Assembly (NCBI RefSeq): GCF_963921235.1
Contig: NC_086097.1
Location: 98,644,001-98,708,000, forward strand
DNA from: Mobula hypostoma
Lineage: Eukaryota
Length of the DNA: 64,000 bases
Direction of reading: 5' to 3'
The notes below the pieces were generated by a model. That model saw only the letters and a program-made list of their open reading frames with translations. It did no database searches and was not told the DNA's origin. Every line of letters begins with the position of its first letter. The first letter of the stretch is position 1. Shown in pieces: positions 61,605-64,000 of this stretch. The translations under genes were made by a program, and so were the position numbers.

Positions 61605-63799
61605 AATTGAAGTTTGTCATGTCTGTAAATAAAAAACCTAATTGTGTTGGCATTTATATCCTGGGTATGCATGCCTATGGCACTAAATTTGAACTTTCCT
61701 CAGACTGTCTATGTGTCTCTGCATCTTGGTTGCCCCAATCATTCAGTTCTTCCCAGATTCTACCCCGCTCCTACACACTAGGGGCAATTTACAGCAGCAA
61801 TTAACCTATCAGCCCATACACGTTTGAGATGTGGGAGAAAGCGAGGGCACGCAGAGCTCACAGGGAGAACATGTAAACACCACACAGACAGTAGCCAGGG
61901 TCAGGACAGTGTCCAGATCTTGGAAGCCATGAGACATGAGACAGCAGCCACTCCTGACCTGACCTCCTGGTCAGTCACCCCCAGAATAATCTCCTGTCCC
62001 TTCTGGCCTTTATTACAGTCTGTAACCTCCCCCCCCCAACCCCACTGACACTTTCCCCCAAACTGTCTTGGTTGCATCGTCTTCCCACCTTCTTCCCCTC
62101 AGGTGATCTCCTTGTACGACGGTCCCACCATTCCAGGAATCTGTCTGCTGACTTTCCCCACCCTGTCATCTCTCCATGCCTCCTTTGACCCTCCCTCCTT
62201 CTCTCCTTTCCCCTCACCACCCTTCCCCCAAGCTGTTTCCTCCTCTCATCCTTTTGCCTCCTTGTATTCCCATTCCCCTCCCTCTCCTCCTCCTATTCCA
62301 GCCTTCTGTCCTTCTACCTCGCTCCACTCCGGCCCACTTCCTTCTCCTCCTTCCGCTCCTTCTCCAGGTGGGTGGGCTGGTGTGGGGGTGAGTGCTCCCC
62401 CAGGTGAGATACCTGCACTTTGAGCAGGAGAAGTGAGTGACAGGTGGTGTATTGCATTTAGGGTAGGTGAACAGGTTTGAGAATGCTGGACTAAACCAAC
62501 ATCTTAAATTACTGAGAAAGCACGGAGACAGGGCCTTTGAGTCAACTAGCTATTTACAATGATTCAGTTTATTCCCCCTGCATTCCCGTCAACTTCCACC
62601 CCACCCCAGACCTACCCCTCATCCACTCACGGAGGGCAATTTTCACTGGCCTATCAGCCTGCACTGGAGCACCTGGAGGAAACCCACATAGTCACAGGGC
62701 AAGGGTGCAAATTCCAGACGGACAGCTCCCAAACCCGATTCTCTGATGTTATCAGGCAGAGTCTCTACTAACTATGCCTCTGCGTTACCTGTGAAAGCAG
62801 AGAGCAGCCTGGCCTTCATTTGATTCTCTTCAGGGAACAGGGTCATGCACGTGGTAACCTGCAGCTTTTTATTGCCAGCACACGTCAACCAGCCCCAGGT
62901 CCCAGACACCTCGTTTATACTGGGTACCCAGGGTGGCGTGCCTCTGCTGAACACCCCATGTGAGCCACTCAGATGGATGACTGGATGTCTAAGCTGGCAA
63001 CATGTGATTGGTTGTGCAGTTAAAGTGTCACTTTATTCAGAGAAATATCTACTAAAATAGCAGGAAAAAAATGAACCTCATGGCTGAATCTCGCAATTCC
63101 TGCTATTCCCAGCAGGGAAGTAATGGAGACAGATGAATGGCTTATTCTCAGTCACAGTGGGTTGGTTAGAAGGTTTGAATTACAGGGGAAATTAGCCGAT
63201 CAATTGTTCCCATTCCAGTTGCAAACGGAGGTCCCAGTGTGAAGCTTGAAATCGTTCGCTAGATGCCCAAGTGCTGGGGAAATCTAGCAGGGAAATGGGA
63301 GGCTGCAACAGCCTACAGGAGAAGATAGGCGACATTCCTTTAAAGACCAAAGGAACAAGGAATACGGCTCCCCACTACTTCCCCAACCCATCCGAGCCTT
63401 TCCTTGTCGTTGCCGGCCTGTGCCCAGATGCCCAGAATGCCATTCTCTCCTTCACTCCCCAGTTCTGATTGACCTTCCCCTCCCTGTCAAATCCTTGCCA
63501 GGCGTCCCCAGAGGGCAGTGGGTCAGACGACCCAACCAATAGAGCCGACACTGATGATGATGTCCGGTGCAAACTCGACCGAGGATCTTCCTGTTCGTAT
63601 TGGGATCTCCCTGTGCTGTCTGCAGCTCAGTGGACCCTTTTCGAATCCGATCCACTCCAGTTTGTCCTTCTGATTATTCGCTATGTTCTATTTCCCCCAC
63701 TGCACCCGAAGGAAACACCATGCCCTTTCCACATCCAGTCAGCTGAAATACCAGTGAATTATCATGATTGCTGACATTGATTTCAGACTATGTGTCTAT

Positions 63800-64000
63800 T
63801 ACCTCACTCACCCATCCCTCATCCATGACCCTTCCATGACCCACACTCACCACTCCCCTATCCATGACCCTTCCGTTACGCACACTCACCCCTCTCATAT
63901 CCACGACCCTTCCGTTACCCACACTCACCCATCCCTCATCCATGACCCTTCCATTACCCACACTCACCCAACCCTCATCCATGACCCTTCCATTACCCAC
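63800..64000. repeat. 39-bp minisatellite (acccacactcacccatccctcatccatgacccttccatt), running off the window end
   Basis: About 5 units visible, with 13-aa periodicity in the overlapping ORF. Confidence 0.9.

Overview
This is eukaryotic, repeat-rich vertebrate DNA. The CR1 LINEs, V-SINE-like elements and Penelope-like remnants suggest a cartilaginous fish (inference). The window holds one complete host gene on the minus strand: an 11-exon Delta-like Notch ligand of the DLL4 type. Its CDS is 57274-57221, 56968-56714, 56023-55966, 53847-53584, 51336-51276, 51156-51026, 50226-50057, 49136-48917, 40389-39669, 16293-16185 and 13312-13307, giving 2049 nt / 682 aa with all introns GT-AG and in phase. 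The protein has a signal peptide, C2/MNNL, DSL, 8 EGF repeats, a TM helix and an intracellular tail ending ITTEV. Exon 10 lies beyond a 23.4-kb intron that contains a ~10-kb 30-bp satellite and nested LINEs. The protein is divergent and lacks the KNTN Mind-bomb-box-like segment, so it may be a second DLL4 paralog. Notable non-coding signals are: (1) a ~50-bp-phased array of TGATTGACAR (PBX-PREP/MEIS decamer) motifs directly upstream of a TATA-like box; (2) an ETS-MEF2-RBPJ-SOX cluster in intron 3 resembling the mammalian Dll4 intron-3 arterial enhancer; (3) a ~390-bp-arm inverted repeat (Penelope-like, with target-site duplication) in intron 8 that carries a minimal hammerhead-ribozyme core on the pre-mRNA strand. 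The rest is a decayed Ty3/Gypsy provirus, a solo LTR, many nested CR1 and Rex1-like LINE fragments, and minisatellites. Repeat boundaries are approximate unless a TSD is quoted. Comparisons to human DLL4 are from memory and need alignment.
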